DNA of 64,000 nucleotides from Eubacteriales bacterium. Lineage in GTDB: Bacteria; Bacillota; Clostridia; Oscillospirales; CAG-272. Location of the stretch: assembly GCA_045542075.1 (NCBI GenBank), contig JAZQKI010000017.1, positions 2,738 through 66,737 of the forward strand. Reading direction: 5' to 3'. The position numbers and the translations under genes were made by a program. Positions 19,144-30,014 of this stretch are shown in pieces (the stretch's first letter is position 1; every line of letters starts with the position of its first letter). Below the pieces are notes generated by a model that saw only the letters and a program-made list of their open reading frames with translations, searched no databases and was not told the origin of the DNA.

Positions 19144-19828
19144 GAGCCTTCATCCTCCTTTCAAATACACCGAGCGCCTTGGAAAGCACGAAATTCAAAA
19201 TAAAGTAAATAATACCGATTATCATAAGTATAGGAAGCGGATTGTGTGTCACGCCGACTATAATGGAATATGTGGTCATAAGCTCGCCGACATAGAAGGT
19301 AGATGCGAGGGATGTCTCCTTTATGATAGTGATAAACTCGTTGCCGAGCGCGGGAAGAATATTCTTTATTGCCTGCGGGAGAACGACCTGTATCATTGTG
19401 GTCGTGCCGTTAAGTCCAAGGCTTCTTGCCGCCTCGGTCTGTCCCTTGTCAACCGCCTCGATACCTGAACGAATTATCTCTGATACGTATGCGGCGCTGT
19501 TGAGTATCAGGGTTATTGCTATACACAGTATCGTCTTATTATTCATTTTGTTCATCGCGGGAATGATCACCGGGATCAGAAACGTGCTTATGTATAACTG
19601 AAGCAGCATTGGTGTGCCGCGGATGATCTCAACCACGGCATTGACGATCCACTTCAGCGGCTTTATTTTGCTTATCTTGATAAGCGCAAGGATCGCGCCG
19701 AAGATAGTGCCGAAAAATACCGTTATGATCGAGAGGATAATAGTCTTACTAAGGCCTTCGATCAAAAACAGGTCCCAGTATTTGATGAAGATCTTACCCA
19801 TATCCTCAAACATTGTTATTAAGTACAT
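19136..19828 (-). CDS. Amino acid ABC transporter permease
   Basis: 230 aa with an EAA-like loop (..[21 protein letters not shown]..). Overlaps the ATPase gene by 8 nt. Confidence 0.9.
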   Translation of the reverse strand: MYLITMFEDMGKIFIKYWDLFLIEGLSKTIILSIITVFFGTIFGAILALIKISKIKPLKWIVNAVVEIIRGTPMLLQLYISTFLIPVIIPAMNKMNNKTILCIAITLILNSAAYVSEIIRSGIEAVDKGQTEAARSLGLNGTTTMIQVVLPQAIKNILPALGNEFITIIKETSLASTFYVGELMTTYSIIVGVTHNPLPILMIIGIIYFILNFVLSKALGVFERRMKARA

Positions 19829-19913
19829 ATTTTTTCTCCGTTTTTGTCAGTTTTTATAACACAGCATGAGCCGCCGTACCGAAAGCCGGCACGGCAGCCC
19901 TGTTTTATATAAA

Positions 19914-20831
19914 TTATTCTGTGATCTTGTTGCCTTCATCGTCGTAGCCAAGCTCATCAAGAGTCTTGACCTGCGCGTAGATCTGGCAAGCCTCATACCA
20001 TGTATCGTAGAGACCGGCAGCCATTGCCTTTGCAAGAGCCGCGTTTACCTTCTCAAGAAGCTCATCGTCTTCCTTGTTAAGAAGGATAACGTTGTTCTTG
20101 TACTTTTCCTCAACCTCAAAGTAGAAGTCGGAAAGAACGATAGTATCGTTTGCAAGAGCTTCACCGTTGCCGTACGCAACCGCAAGTGCGTCGATCTCGC
20201 CTGTAGCAAGAGCTGTAGCCGCGATGTTGATATCCTTGTAAAGCACAAGCTCCGCTCCCTTGGGTACAAGCTGCTCCTTAACGAGAAGCTCCTGGAGAGA
20301 GCCGCCCTGTGCGCCTATCTTGAGTCCGGAGAAATCAGCCTTGTCTGCCTTGAACTGATCAGCCTTAGCCTTTGTGGTGATAAGGATTTGCTCGGTCTCG
20401 TTCTCACCCGCTACGTAGTAGTCGGAGATAAGGAATGTCTCTGCACGCTCCGCGGTCCAGGAGAATCCTGAGATCGCAAGATCTGCGTTGCCTGTGGAAA
20501 CCGCCGCCATAGATGCATCAAAGGACATGGGGGTGATCTTAAGCTTCATACCGAGCTCCTTTGCAACAAATGTAGCAAGGATAACGTCAAAGCCAACGAT
20601 AGCGTCGTCACCGGACTTTGCCGTGTCATAGAATTCCATAGGAGCGAAGTCGGGAGACATTGCTACTACGAGTGTTTCTGTGTACTTGGATGCGTCATAG
20701 TCAATAGCCGCCATAGCCTTATCGTATGCAGCGGACAGGCTATCCTCCTCGGGCTTGTCACAAGCGGCGAATATACCTACACAGCTGCAGAGCATTACAA
20801 GTGCGATAATCAAAGAAACAATTTTTTTCAT
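19914..20831 (-). CDS. Amino acid ABC transporter substrate-binding lipoprotein
   Basis: Signal plus lipobox (LCSCVGIFAAC) and SBP_bac_3-like blocks (GFDVILA.., ADLAISGFS..). Confidence 0.85.
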   Translation of the reverse strand: MKKIVSLIIALVMLCSCVGIFAACDKPEEDSLSAAYDKAMAAIDYDASKYTETLVVAMSPDFAPMEFYDTAKSGDDAIVGFDVILATFVAKELGMKLKITPMSFDASMAAVSTGNADLAISGFSWTAERAETFLISDYYVAGENETEQILITTKAKADQFKADKADFSGLKIGAQGGSLQELLVKEQLVPKGAELVLYKDINIAATALATGEIDALAVAYGNGEALANDTIVLSDFYFEVEEKYKNNVILLNKEDDELLEKVNAALAKAMAAGLYDTWYEACQIYAQVKTLDELGYDDEGNKITE

Positions 20832-21005
20832 TTTTGGGGACCTCTTTTCGTTTGATTTTGTGGTTTATGTGCATTATTATACAACGCACTTTAGGGTTTG
20901 TCAAGTACTTTTTTGAAAAAATTTTCTTTTTTCATAAAGTTTTTTCGAGTTTTTTATCCAACAATGCATAAATGCATATTTTCTGCATATTCAGTATAAA
21001 TATAC

Positions 21006-21037
21006 AAAAATCCCACGGTCGAAACCGACCGTGGGAT
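21006..21037 (-). terminator. Intrinsic terminator after the ZIP transporter gene
   Basis: tcccacggtcg-aaac-cgaccgtggga, with a T-run on the minus strand. Confidence 0.7.
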
Positions 21038-21047
21038 AAATTATCGT

Positions 21048-21851
21048 TTATCCTAAAAGCACATCCATTAAAAGCATCACGCAAAAGCCGACAAGCAAGG
21101 AATATGTCGCCCCTCTCTCCGCTCCGTGAGAATGAGTCTCGGGGATCATCTCGTCACTGACAACGTAAAGCATGGTTCCTCCCGCAAACGCGAGAGCAAA
21201 CGGTAATATATAGCTTGAGATACTCACCGCAAAATATCCGATAAGTGTTCCCACTACCTCAATAAGTCCCGTGCCGAGCGCGCACAGCAGCGTCCGCTTA
21301 GGAGTTATTCCCGCAGAAAGCATGGGCGCGATTATCACCATACCCTCGGGTATATTCTGAAGCGCAATTCCGCCCGCAATAAGCAAAGCTCCCTCGGTGT
21401 TCCCTGTGCCAAACCCAACTCCCGCTGCGATTCCCTCGGGCAGATTATGTATCGCTATGGCGAGGACAAAAAGGATTACCTTATTTATATGCGTCTTATC
21501 ATCGCAGCAGTGTCCGTCGATATCTACCCCCACAAGTCCGTGCAGATGCGGCACGAGCTTATCCATGAGGTTTACGCAGAGCGCTCCCGCAAAAACTCCT
21601 AAAATAACTATCCCTATCGAAATAAGCTTGTTTGGTGTTTCGCCGAGTCCGAGCGGGCTGATTATACCGTATCCGTAATCAAAGGATGGGATTATAAGTC
21701 CGAGTATCGCCGCCGCGAGCATTATTCCCGCCGCAAAGGCAAGCACTATATCACTGAACTTATGTGATATTTTTTTGAATATGAAGCCAATAACCGCTCC
21801 AATGACAGTCGCTCCTCCAACGCCGAGCGCAGTCAACAGAACCTCCTTCAT
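21048..21851 (-). CDS. ZIP family divalent-metal transporter
   Basis: Start at the ATG 21851 (AAGGAGGTG RBS). Contains LAIAIHNLPEGIAAGVG and ALQNIPEGM motifs typical of ZupT-like proteins. Confidence 0.85.
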   Translation of the reverse strand: MKEVLLTALGVGGATVIGAVIGFIFKKISHKFSDIVLAFAAGIMLAAAILGLIIPSFDYGYGIISPLGLGETPNKLISIGIVILGVFAGALCVNLMDKLVPHLHGLVGVDIDGHCCDDKTHINKVILFVLAIAIHNLPEGIAAGVGFGTGNTEGALLIAGGIALQNIPEGMVIIAPMLSAGITPKRTLLCALGTGLIEVVGTLIGYFAVSISSYILPFALAFAGGTMLYVVSDEMIPETHSHGAERGATYSLLVGFCVMLLMDVLLG

Positions 21852-21993
21852 ACGTTTCACCTCCTTATATACATACACACTTATATTATAGCCCAGATAT
21901 CTTGAAATGTCAAACATATTTGCATAAAAATAAAAAAATCCCCGCGCTGCCGCGCGGGGATCATCCAAACCATTTTGTTTGATAACAAAGCTA

Positions 21994-22614
21994 TCAGGTA
22001 TTTTTCATTATAACCGAGCCAATGCAGTCGCCAACGTGCTCGCACGCGTCAACGCAGTCCTCAAAGCACTCGTATATTTTACGCCAGGACACCGTGGTCA
22101 GAACGTCGCTTGAATTTTTCGTAAGCTCGCGCATGGAAGCAAGATATATCTTGTCGCACTCCTCCTCTACGTCGTTAAGCTCAACGATAAGGGTGTGTAT
22201 CTTCTTGGATTTCTTGAAGTTTTCAAATTCCGCCATTATATCACCGAGAAGCTCGCAGGATCTGACTATGTTCTTCGCGAAGCTGATCGCGTAAGGAGTC
22301 ACAGACTGAATATCGTATATATAGAACTTCTGAAGCACCTCCTCGATAGAGTCAAGCACGTCGTCGAGATTCTGGCTGAGCATGTCAAGATCCTCACGGT
22401 CAACGGGTGTGACAAACGCCTTTGCGAGAGTTGCGCTCATCTCGTGCTTCTTTATATCCGCGCTATGCTCAAAGCCGTGCATTTCCTTAAGCATTGTTTC
22501 CATATTATTTGAGTCATAATTTTCAAGGCACTCAACAAGATAGTTTGCCGCCTTCTTTGAAAGCTCGGTACATGCCGAGAAATTTTCAAAATAGAATTTA
22601 TCACCTTTAGCCAT
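21994..22614 (-). CDS. DUF47 (PhoU-like) protein, partner of the Pit phosphate transporter
   Basis: 206-aa helical protein (..HGFEHSADIKKHEM..VTPVDREDL..) lying directly downstream of pit. Confidence 0.8.
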   Translation of the reverse strand: MAKGDKFYFENFSACTELSKKAANYLVECLENYDSNNMETMLKEMHGFEHSADIKKHEMSATLAKAFVTPVDREDLDMLSQNLDDVLDSIEEVLQKFYIYDIQSVTPYAISFAKNIVRSCELLGDIMAEFENFKKSKKIHTLIVELNDVEEECDKIYLASMRELTKNSSDVLTTVSWRKIYECFEDCVDACEHVGDCIGSVIMKNT

Positions 22615-22632
22615 TTTTATAATTCCTTTCTG

Positions 22633-23685
22633 TTAGTTGAAAATAAGCAAGAACAATTTTGTCACGAGGAACGCAAGCAGTCCGCATCCGGGGAACGTAA
22701 GTATCCAAGTCATAACCATTTCCTTTACCACCCCGAAGTTTATCGCAGAAACTCTCTTAACAGCTCCGACACCCATGATCGAGGTCGTCTTTACGTGAGT
22801 GGTGGAAACAGGGAGTCCGAATACAGAGCAGAACACCAGCGCCGCCGCGGACGCGATATCAGCCGAAAATCCCTGATATTTTTCAAGCTTTACCATGTCC
22901 ATACCAACGGATTTGATTATCTTCTTGCCTCCTATAGCCGTACCCGCCGCCATAACAAGCGAGCAAACTATCATAAGCCACGTCGGGATAGAGAAGGTAG
23001 CGGCTCCGCCGCCCGTTCCCTGCAGGGTAAAGACGCAAAGCAAAATTATACCCATAAACTTCTGACCGTCCTGCGCGCCGTGCATAAACGCCCTCGCCGC
23101 GGCTCCTGTGATCTGCGCGCCTCTGAAGAACGGCTCGGTCTTCGGTCTGTCCATCTTGTAGCATATCAACGTAACCAGCTTTCCTATAAGCCAAGCCATA
23201 CCAAAGCCAAGAACCACGGATATAACGATACCGATAAGCACCTTGCTCCATTGACTCCACACTATAGCCTCAAGTCCGTTAAGAGCCATAGCTCCGCCGG
23301 TAAGTCCCGCTATAAGCGCATGGCTCTCACTCGTGGGAATACCAAATGCCCACGCAAGCGTTGCCCATATAACAATAGCGAGCATTGCCGCGCACAAGAC
23401 TATAATAACCGTTCGTCCCGAGTTGTCTCCGAAATTAACCATGCTTGTAATAGTCACGGCAACCTCGTTGCTGATCTTCGTCATTACGAAAACACCGAGA
23501 AAATTGAACACTGCCGCCATAAGTATTGCCGCCTTGGGTGGCATACATCTCGTCACAACGCAGGTGGCGATGGCATTGGGCGCATCCGTCCAACCGTTGA
23601 CCAGAATAACGCCAAGCGTCAGCGTCACGGCAATAAACAATAGCGGATTTGCCGTCATCTGCGACCAAAATTCTAAAAATTCCAT
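22633..23685 (-). CDS. Inorganic phosphate transporter, PiT family
   Basis: NGWTDAPNAIAT and GVPVSTTHV-type repeats (GLPVSTTHVKT). Confidence 0.9.
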   Translation of the reverse strand: MEFLEFWSQMTANPLLFIAVTLTLGVILVNGWTDAPNAIATCVVTRCMPPKAAILMAAVFNFLGVFVMTKISNEVAVTITSMVNFGDNSGRTVIIVLCAAMLAIVIWATLAWAFGIPTSESHALIAGLTGGAMALNGLEAIVWSQWSKVLIGIVISVVLGFGMAWLIGKLVTLICYKMDRPKTEPFFRGAQITGAAARAFMHGAQDGQKFMGIILLCVFTLQGTGGGAATFSIPTWLMIVCSLVMAAGTAIGGKKIIKSVGMDMVKLEKYQGFSADIASAAALVFCSVFGLPVSTTHVKTTSIMGVGAVKRVSAINFGVVKEMVMTWILTFPGCGLLAFLVTKLFLLIFN

Positions 23686-23814
23686 ACGCTTTCCTTCCCT
23701 TTTGATTTGTCTGACTGAAAATATTCAATTCAAATTATCGCATCTTACACCGTAGATTATATCTCATTTTTTTATTGTTTTCAAGCGTTTTTTTGATTTT
23801 CGTATAAATGCGAC

Positions 23815-23844
23815 AAAAAACCGCGGCTTTCACCGCGGTTTTGT
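23815..23844 (-). terminator. Intrinsic terminator after hppA
   Basis: aaaaaaccgcgg-ctttca-ccgcggtttt. Confidence 0.75.
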
Positions 23845-23851
23845 TATTCAG

Positions 23852-25966
23852 TTAAAATATAAGCGAAAACAACGAATAATTCACAACAAGGCTTGCAAAG
23901 ACTATGGATACCATAGAAAGAAGCTTTATAAGTATGTTTATCGAGGGACCCGAGGTATCCTTGAAGGGATCACCGACCGTGTCTCCGACGACAGCCGCCT
24001 TGTGACAGGCAGAGCCCTTGCCGCCGTGCGTTCCACTCTCGATATACTTTTTCGCGTTATCCCACGCGCCGCCCGAGTTGGACATAAATATCGCAAGCAA
24101 AAATCCTGAAATAGTCGCTCCCGCCAGCATTCCGACAACACCTGTCCAGCCGAGTATCATACCCACCGTTATAGGTGCGATGATAGCTACAATGGTAGGA
24201 ACTATCATTTCCTTAAGGCTTGCCTTGGTGCAAAGGTCAACACAGGACGCATAATCCGCCTCCGCCTTGCCCTCCATAAGACCCGCGATCTCTCTGAACT
24301 GACGGCGAACCTCAACAACAACGCTCTGCGCCGCGCGTTCGACAGCGTTCATAGTCAACGCTCCAAACACAAAGGGCAGACAAGCTCCGATAAACAGTCC
24401 CACAAGCACCGCAGGATTGGTGATCGAAAGCTGAGTCATATCTATTGTCTCGCCTGTGATGGACTTGACCTGATCTATATAGGAAACCATAAGAGCCAGA
24501 GCGGTCAGTGCCGCAGAGCCTATCGCAAAGCCCTTGCCTGTTGCCGCCGTGGTGTTTCCGAGCGAGTCAAGTGCGTCGGTTCTCTCTCTTACCTTTTCGT
24601 CAAGTCCCGCCATCTGAGCGATACCGCCCGCGTTATCCGCAACGGGACCGTACGCGTCGGTGGCAAGCGTTATGCCAAGAGTTGACAGCATTCCTACCGC
24701 CGCGAGAGCTATACCGTAAAGTCCCATAGACGCGCTCTTAGCTCCGCCCGAGACGAAATACGCGATAAGAATACAAGCCGCAATTACTACAACGGGAATA
24801 AGCGTGGAAAGCATACCCACCGAAAGACCGCCGATAACTATGGTAGCCGTACCTGTCTCGGACGTGTCCGCAAGGCGTTGTGTGGGCTTGTAGCTGTCAG
24901 AGGTGTAATGCTCTGTTGCCTGGCCGATAAGCACACCCGCAATAAGTCCCGCGAGAATTGCAAAATATATCTTCCAGTTTGCCGCGCCAAGCACAAAATA
25001 TACGAGCGGGAAAGCCGCGATTGCTATCACTATCGCCGAGAAATTAGTTCCGCGCGAGAGCGAGCGAAGAAGCTGCTTTTGAGTTGCTCCCTCCTTTGTT
25101 CTTACAAACAACGTACCGAAAACCGAGCAGATTATTCCCAATGCAGCGATTATCATGGGGAGCAGTAAAGCGTGTGAGCTTTCCATAGACGCGCTGTTTA
25201 TAGCCGCCGAAACGCCCAGAGCCGCCGCCGAGATTATCGAGCCGACGTAGGACTCGTAAAGGTCAGCGCCCATTCCCGCAACGTCACCCACGTTGTCGCC
25301 CACGTTATCCGCTATAACAGCGGGATTTCGGGGGTCATCCTCTGGAATTCCCGCCTCGACCTTACCCACAAGGTCTGCTCCGACGTCCGCCGCCTTGGTA
25401 AATATACCTCCGCCGACGCGCGCGAACAGAGCCATGCTCGACGCGCCCATGCCAAACGTGAGCATCGCGCTTGAGATCTCGTTTGTTTCAAGCTTGAAAA
25501 TAAACTTCAGGATTATGAACCACAAGGAGATGTCGAGAAGTCCGAGACCTACTACCGTAAATCCCATTACGCTTCCGGCGGAAAACGCCACTCGCAGACC
25601 CTTGTTAAGTCCCTCCTGGCACGCGTTTGCGGTTCTTGCGTTTGAATTGGTCGCTATCTTCATACCGATAAAGCCCGAAAGAGCCGAGAATATTCCGCCC
25701 GTTACAAAAGCAAACGGCGTGAATTTACTCAGAATTCCTAAGAGCGACATGGTAAGAAGCACAACAAACATTATAGCGAAGAAAATAAGTACTATTCTGT
25801 ACTGTCTTTTAAGGTACGCGTTCGCACCCTTTCTTATGGACGCGGATATCTTCTTCATAAGCTCCGTGCCCTCGGGGAATTTCATAACTCTCACCGCGGT
25901 GAACAGTGCGTAAAGCAACGCAATAACCGCGCAAGAAGCTGTGAAAATCACAATATATTTCTCCAT
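23852..25966 (-). CDS. hppA: Membrane-bound proton/sodium-translocating pyrophosphatase
   Basis: GGIFTKAADVGADLVGKVE, DNVGDNVGD and DTVGDPFKDTSGPS motifs; 704 aa. Confidence 0.95.
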   Translation of the reverse strand: MEKYIVIFTASCAVIALLYALFTAVRVMKFPEGTELMKKISASIRKGANAYLKRQYRIVLIFFAIMFVVLLTMSLLGILSKFTPFAFVTGGIFSALSGFIGMKIATNSNARTANACQEGLNKGLRVAFSAGSVMGFTVVGLGLLDISLWFIILKFIFKLETNEISSAMLTFGMGASSMALFARVGGGIFTKAADVGADLVGKVEAGIPEDDPRNPAVIADNVGDNVGDVAGMGADLYESYVGSIISAAALGVSAAINSASMESSHALLLPMIIAALGIICSVFGTLFVRTKEGATQKQLLRSLSRGTNFSAIVIAIAAFPLVYFVLGAANWKIYFAILAGLIAGVLIGQATEHYTSDSYKPTQRLADTSETGTATIVIGGLSVGMLSTLIPVVVIAACILIAYFVSGGAKSASMGLYGIALAAVGMLSTLGITLATDAYGPVADNAGGIAQMAGLDEKVRERTDALDSLGNTTAATGKGFAIGSAALTALALMVSYIDQVKSITGETIDMTQLSITNPAVLVGLFIGACLPFVFGALTMNAVERAAQSVVVEVRRQFREIAGLMEGKAEADYASCVDLCTKASLKEMIVPTIVAIIAPITVGMILGWTGVVGMLAGATISGFLLAIFMSNSGGAWDNAKKYIESGTHGGKGSACHKAAVVGDTVGDPFKDTSGPSINILIKLLSMVSIVFASLVVNYSLFSLIF

Positions 25967-26070
25967 TTATTGCCTCCTTAAAGTCATAAGGCTATGATTG
26001 ATTGAACATATATTTTACACCCTTTGGTGAAATTTGTCAAGAGGTTTACAAAAAAAGACAAGAATATCGG

Positions 26071-26709
26071 TCAGGATTCAGAGATTTCAGACTCTCCCGG
26101 CAGGTCTCTCATTGAAAAAACGCATCCGCAATAATCCTGCCTGTACATTCCGTACTCTCGGGATATCTCGACTGACCTTTTATATCCGTTTTTCTTTTTG
26201 AAATCCGACGGCAAATATTTCACGCCGTACTCCGTAGCAAGCCTCTGCCCTATCTCATTGAGCTTTTCCGCATTTTTCAGCGGGCTTATTGAGAGAGTTG
26301 TGCAAAAGTAGTCGTAATTTTGACAACTTGCCCTTTTTGCGGTCTCGCGCAAGCGAAGCTCGTAGCAGCCAAAGCACCTCTCTCCTCCCTCTCTCAGTTT
26401 TTCTTTTCCGCGCGCCATACTGTAAAAGCTGTCCTTGTCAAAATCCCCCTCAATAAAGTCTATGGGGTTTTTGGCGGGAAATTTTTTTATAAATTCCTGC
26501 TGCTCACGGACGCGGTTAAAATATTCCTCGTCGGGATAGATATTCGGGTTGTAATAAAACACGGTGATTTTGAAAAACTCCGACAGATATTCCAAAACGT
26601 AGCTGCTGCAGGGAGCACAGCAGCTATGCAAAAACAGTGTGGGTATCTCACCCGCTCTCTGATGCATCAATATTATATTTTCCGTTTGCAGCTGATAATT
26701 TTGCTTCAT
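26071..26709 (-). CDS. queH: Epoxyqueuosine reductase QueH (DUF208)
   Basis: LHSCCAPCSSYVLEYL, plus C-terminal CFGCYELRL and YCGCVFS cysteine motifs. Confidence 0.85.
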   Translation of the reverse strand: MKQNYQLQTENIILMHQRAGEIPTLFLHSCCAPCSSYVLEYLSEFFKITVFYYNPNIYPDEEYFNRVREQQEFIKKFPAKNPIDFIEGDFDKDSFYSMARGKEKLREGGERCFGCYELRLRETAKRASCQNYDYFCTTLSISPLKNAEKLNEIGQRLATEYGVKYLPSDFKKKNGYKRSVEISREYGMYRQDYCGCVFSMRDLPGESEISES

Positions 26710-26728
26710 TATATTTCTATCCTTAATA

Positions 26729-27604
26729 TCAGATCTTTATGCCACAACCCCAGCCTACTCTGCCGCCGCGCTTGAGATGCTCAACGAAGCAGCGTCTGAG
26801 CGTGGTGTTGGCGGGCAGTCTGTCGGGGTGCTTTTCTTCCGTATCAAACAGTCTCCAAAGGTCCTCGCCATCGTTATGGTCCCATTCCACCACGTCATAT
26901 TCTGACAAGAAGCGGTACGTGTTCGTATGCTCGGGAACAAAATTTCTGGTGTCGGGGTAAAGCAGCCACGAGTGGCAAACAAACGGGCAATTCTCCCCTA
27001 CCTCGTCCTTGAAAAATTCCCTTGCCTGCGCGTAAGCCCTGTCACAGCTTTCCTTGTCCATAGGCGTGCCCGTTCTGGGTATATGTACGTTTATAACACG
27101 GCTCTCATCCTTTTTAAGATCCAAGCCGCTCTTATTATAATCAAAAGGAATTTTAACAAGCTCAAACTGAAGTCTGCCAAGCGCAAATCTCGTAAGGTCA
27201 AAAAAGCCCGGGAACCAGGGCGCGACGAACGAGCCGCAAATTCCTCTTACAGCCTTGCATTCGTTGAGCTTCCATTTAAGGTCAAGCATGCTGTCGCGGA
27301 ATATCTGCATATCTATGCCCCGCTCAAGGTAGATCTCCTTGAGGTGCTTGCTGAGGCATATAAACATCAAAAGCTCGACGGTATAATTATGTATCCCCGT
27401 GATCTTTGATATCTGTCTTGCTCTACCGAATATCTCTCCGCCGTAATCCAGCTTTATGTTTGCCCCGTACGCAAAGTACGCCATTCGAGCAAGATGCGCG
27501 GAGTCCTCGTTCTCCATTATTTTATCGTACGCGCAAAGCAGTATCTGCGCGTCGCGATCCTCGTATTCAAAGTCCTTAAAAAAGCTTATAAGGTATTCTC
27601 TCAT
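26729..27604 (-). CDS. Acyltransferase-domain protein (N-terminal helical domain plus a GNAT-like C-terminal domain), function unknown
   Basis: 291 aa. I recognise it as the clostridial family usually annotated 'acyltransferase domain-containing protein' (..GSFVAPWFPGFFDLTRFALGRLQFE..HIPRTG..). This assignment is from memory only. Confidence 0.55.
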   Translation of the reverse strand: MREYLISFFKDFEYEDRDAQILLCAYDKIMENEDSAHLARMAYFAYGANIKLDYGGEIFGRARQISKITGIHNYTVELLMFICLSKHLKEIYLERGIDMQIFRDSMLDLKWKLNECKAVRGICGSFVAPWFPGFFDLTRFALGRLQFELVKIPFDYNKSGLDLKKDESRVINVHIPRTGTPMDKESCDRAYAQAREFFKDEVGENCPFVCHSWLLYPDTRNFVPEHTNTYRFLSEYDVVEWDHNDGEDLWRLFDTEEKHPDRLPANTTLRRCFVEHLKRGGRVGWGCGIKI

Positions 27605-27760
27605 TTTATTATCCTCCCCAAATTACGCAATATTGTATCGGAATATTTGTATTTTGTTTTACAAAAATCAGTATATCACGTTTTTTTATTCGTTGCAATA
27701 GAATTTTGCACACAGCACAGAAAATTTGCAATACAGTCCATTGTCAACGTGCCATAAATA

Positions 27761-28546
27761 TCATTTCACGCCCCATAACGTCTCGCTGTGTCTTTTCACT
27801 TCCGATGGATTAATTCCATATTTAGCCTTAAACGCCTTAGAAAAATTGAATTCATCGTCATATCCAACCATGTGGGCGCTCTCCTTTACAGAAAAGCCTT
27901 GCGAGAGGAATTTCGCTCCCATAGACAGTCTTACCTCGACAATATATTCCTTTATACCCTTCCCGTAACGATTTTTGAACATTCTATACAGGTAACTGCG
28001 TTCAAACCCGAAATTGCGGGCAAGACCGCTTACCGTTATAGGCAACATATAGTTGTATTTTATATATCTTCTTACCTGACGTATTCTTTCGTCACCCTCG
28101 TCATTGTGGTCCCTGCGAAAAACGCGGTCAAGCAGATCGTATATTATGGCAAGGCATGCCTCCTTTGATGCTGCTTTATCCCGCACCAGACTCATCAACC
28201 TGTCGTCAATGTGCGCAGGGGTGTCAAATACAACCGCGTCACCGTCAAAATACTCTATATTCTCCGCGCGAAAGGCTATCCACGCATATTCCCATGGGTT
28301 CTTTTGGTCTGCGATATACGTGGTGATCTCCCCCGGGCGGATAACAAAAAAACTGCCACTTTCTATACTGAATTCTCCTTGCGGATTTTTAAGCACTCCA
28401 CAACCTCTGAGGCAGAAATGTATCAGATAGCAATCTCGAACAAACGGACCAAAGCTATGTCCTCCCTCGCAGCACTGCCACCCAACAAACAGCGGAGTTA
28501 TCTTAGAGTCTACTCCATCATCAATCAAATAACTTTCCATAATCAC
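27761..28546 (-). CDS. AraC family transcriptional regulator (cupin sensor plus HTH)
   Basis: C-terminal AraC HTH (..VSGLARNFGFERSYLYRMFK.. / ..ESAHMVGYDDEFNFSKAFK..). Divergent from melA. Confidence 0.9.
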   Translation of the reverse strand: MIMESYLIDDGVDSKITPLFVGWQCCEGGHSFGPFVRDCYLIHFCLRGCGVLKNPQGEFSIESGSFFVIRPGEITTYIADQKNPWEYAWIAFRAENIEYFDGDAVVFDTPAHIDDRLMSLVRDKAASKEACLAIIYDLLDRVFRRDHNDEGDERIRQVRRYIKYNYMLPITVSGLARNFGFERSYLYRMFKNRYGKGIKEYIVEVRLSMGAKFLSQGFSVKESAHMVGYDDEFNFSKAFKAKYGINPSEVKRHSETLWGVK

Positions 28547-28676
28547 CCTCCATTAAACAACATTTTACCATATTCCTACCACAAAAATCAATACCTTTCA
28601 GTAGAAAAAGGTGATATAATTCACATAAAGAGATAAATCATTTATCAAATTTCCACAAAAAGAAAAGGAGACTGTT

Positions 28677-29996
28677 ATGAAAATTACGTTTATGGGCGCG
28701 GGCAGTACCGTGTTTGCGAAAAACGTCCTCGGCGACGTACTCGTCACACCCGCTTTGCAAAATGACCTTGAGATCGCACTCTATGACATTGACGGCGTAA
28801 GACTCGAGGAGTCCTATCTTATGATCGACCTTCTTAACAAAAAGTACAATGAGGGCAAGGCTAAAATAAACAAATATCTCGGTGTCGAGAACAGACGTGA
28901 CGCGCTTCGCGACGCGCAGTTTGTCGTCAACGCCGTTCAGATCGGTCTGTACGATCCCTGCACCATAATAGACTTTGAAATTCCCAAGAAATACGGTCTC
29001 CGACAGACCATAGCCGACACCCTCGGTATAGGTGGAATTATGCGCGGTATGCGTACAATTCACGTCCTCAAGGATTTTACGGAGGATATGGAGGCGGTCT
29101 GTCCCAACGCTTACTTCCTCAATTACACCAACCCTATGGCAATACTCACGGGCTATATGACGAGATATACAAATGTCAAGACCGTCGGTCTTTGTCACAG
29201 CGTTCAGTCCTGCACGCCCTGTCTGTTCGGACACCTGGGAATTGACCACAATATAGTCGGCAGCGAGCTTATCGCGGGCATAAACCACATGGGCTGGCTT
29301 ATCGACATTCGCGACAAGCAAGGCAACGACCTCTATCCTCTCATCAAGGAGAGAGCAAAGCAGAAAAACGCCGAGGGCAAGCACCACGACATGGTGCGCT
29401 TTGACTATATAGATAAATTCGGCTACTATTGCACCGAGTCCAGCGAGCACAACGCGGAATATAACCCCTTCTATATCAAGTCAAAATATCCCGAGCTTAT
29501 CGAGCGCTTCAACATCCCGCTTGACGAATATCCCCGCCGTTGCGTAGGTCAGATAGAGAGCTGGGGCAGACAGCGCGACGAGATCATGGCGGGAGGCAAC
29601 ATCGAGCATACCCGCAGCCTTGAATACGCGTCGCGTATTATGGAGGCGATAGTCACGGATATCCCCTACAAGATAGGCGGAAACGTGCTCAACCGCGGCT
29701 TTATTACAAACCTTCCCTCCGACGCCTGTGTAGAAGTTCCTTGTATGGTTGACGGCGGCGGAATACATCCCACCTACGTCGGCAGACTCCCCGTGCAGTG
29801 CGCGGCTATGAATATGACCAACATCAACCCCCAGCTGCTCACCATCGAGGCGGCAGTCACAGGCAAGCGCGAGCATCTTTATCAGGCGGCTATGCTTGAT
29901 CCCCACACTGCGGCAGAGCTTTCGATAGACGATATTATTTCCATGTGCGACGAGCTTATTGAGGCGCACACGGCGGCAGGATACCCTATATTCTAA
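28677..29996 (+). CDS. melA: GH4 NAD/Mn-dependent alpha-galactosidase
   Basis: MKITFMGAGSTVFAKNVLGD, FEIPKKYGLRQTIADTLGIGG, GLCHSVQ, GINHMGWL, ESSEHNAEY. It is collinear with my recollection of B. subtilis MelA. Confidence 0.88.
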   Translation: MKITFMGAGSTVFAKNVLGDVLVTPALQNDLEIALYDIDGVRLEESYLMIDLLNKKYNEGKAKINKYLGVENRRDALRDAQFVVNAVQIGLYDPCTIIDFEIPKKYGLRQTIADTLGIGGIMRGMRTIHVLKDFTEDMEAVCPNAYFLNYTNPMAILTGYMTRYTNVKTVGLCHSVQSCTPCLFGHLGIDHNIVGSELIAGINHMGWLIDIRDKQGNDLYPLIKERAKQKNAEGKHHDMVRFDYIDKFGYYCTESSEHNAEYNPFYIKSKYPELIERFNIPLDEYPRRCVGQIESWGRQRDEIMAGGNIEHTRSLEYASRIMEAIVTDIPYKIGGNVLNRGFITNLPSDACVEVPCMVDGGGIHPTYVGRLPVQCAAMNMTNINPQLLTIEAAVTGKREHLYQAAMLDPHTAAELSIDDIISMCDELIEAHTAAGYPIF

Positions 29997-30014
29997 GATT
30001 CAAGGAGAAAATCA

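Noticed and set aside
20960-21000. Triple aTGCATA/TGCATAT repeat upstream of the amino-acid ABC operon as an operator
   Set aside because: It lies more than 60 nt upstream of the -35 of the identified promoter (TTGACA-17-TATAAT on the minus strand at ~20873-20901) and is AT-rich low-complexity sequence. The evidence is insufficient to call a site.
22795-23643. 282-aa + strand ORF
   Set aside because: It is an Arg/Ser/His-rich antisense shadow of the PiT phosphate transporter gene.
28638-29450. 270-aa minus-strand ORF inside melA (also 29481..29969)
   Set aside because: It is antisense to a GH4 gene with many conserved motifs, has no RBS and reads as low-complexity V/L/H-rich sequence. It is a shadow ORF.
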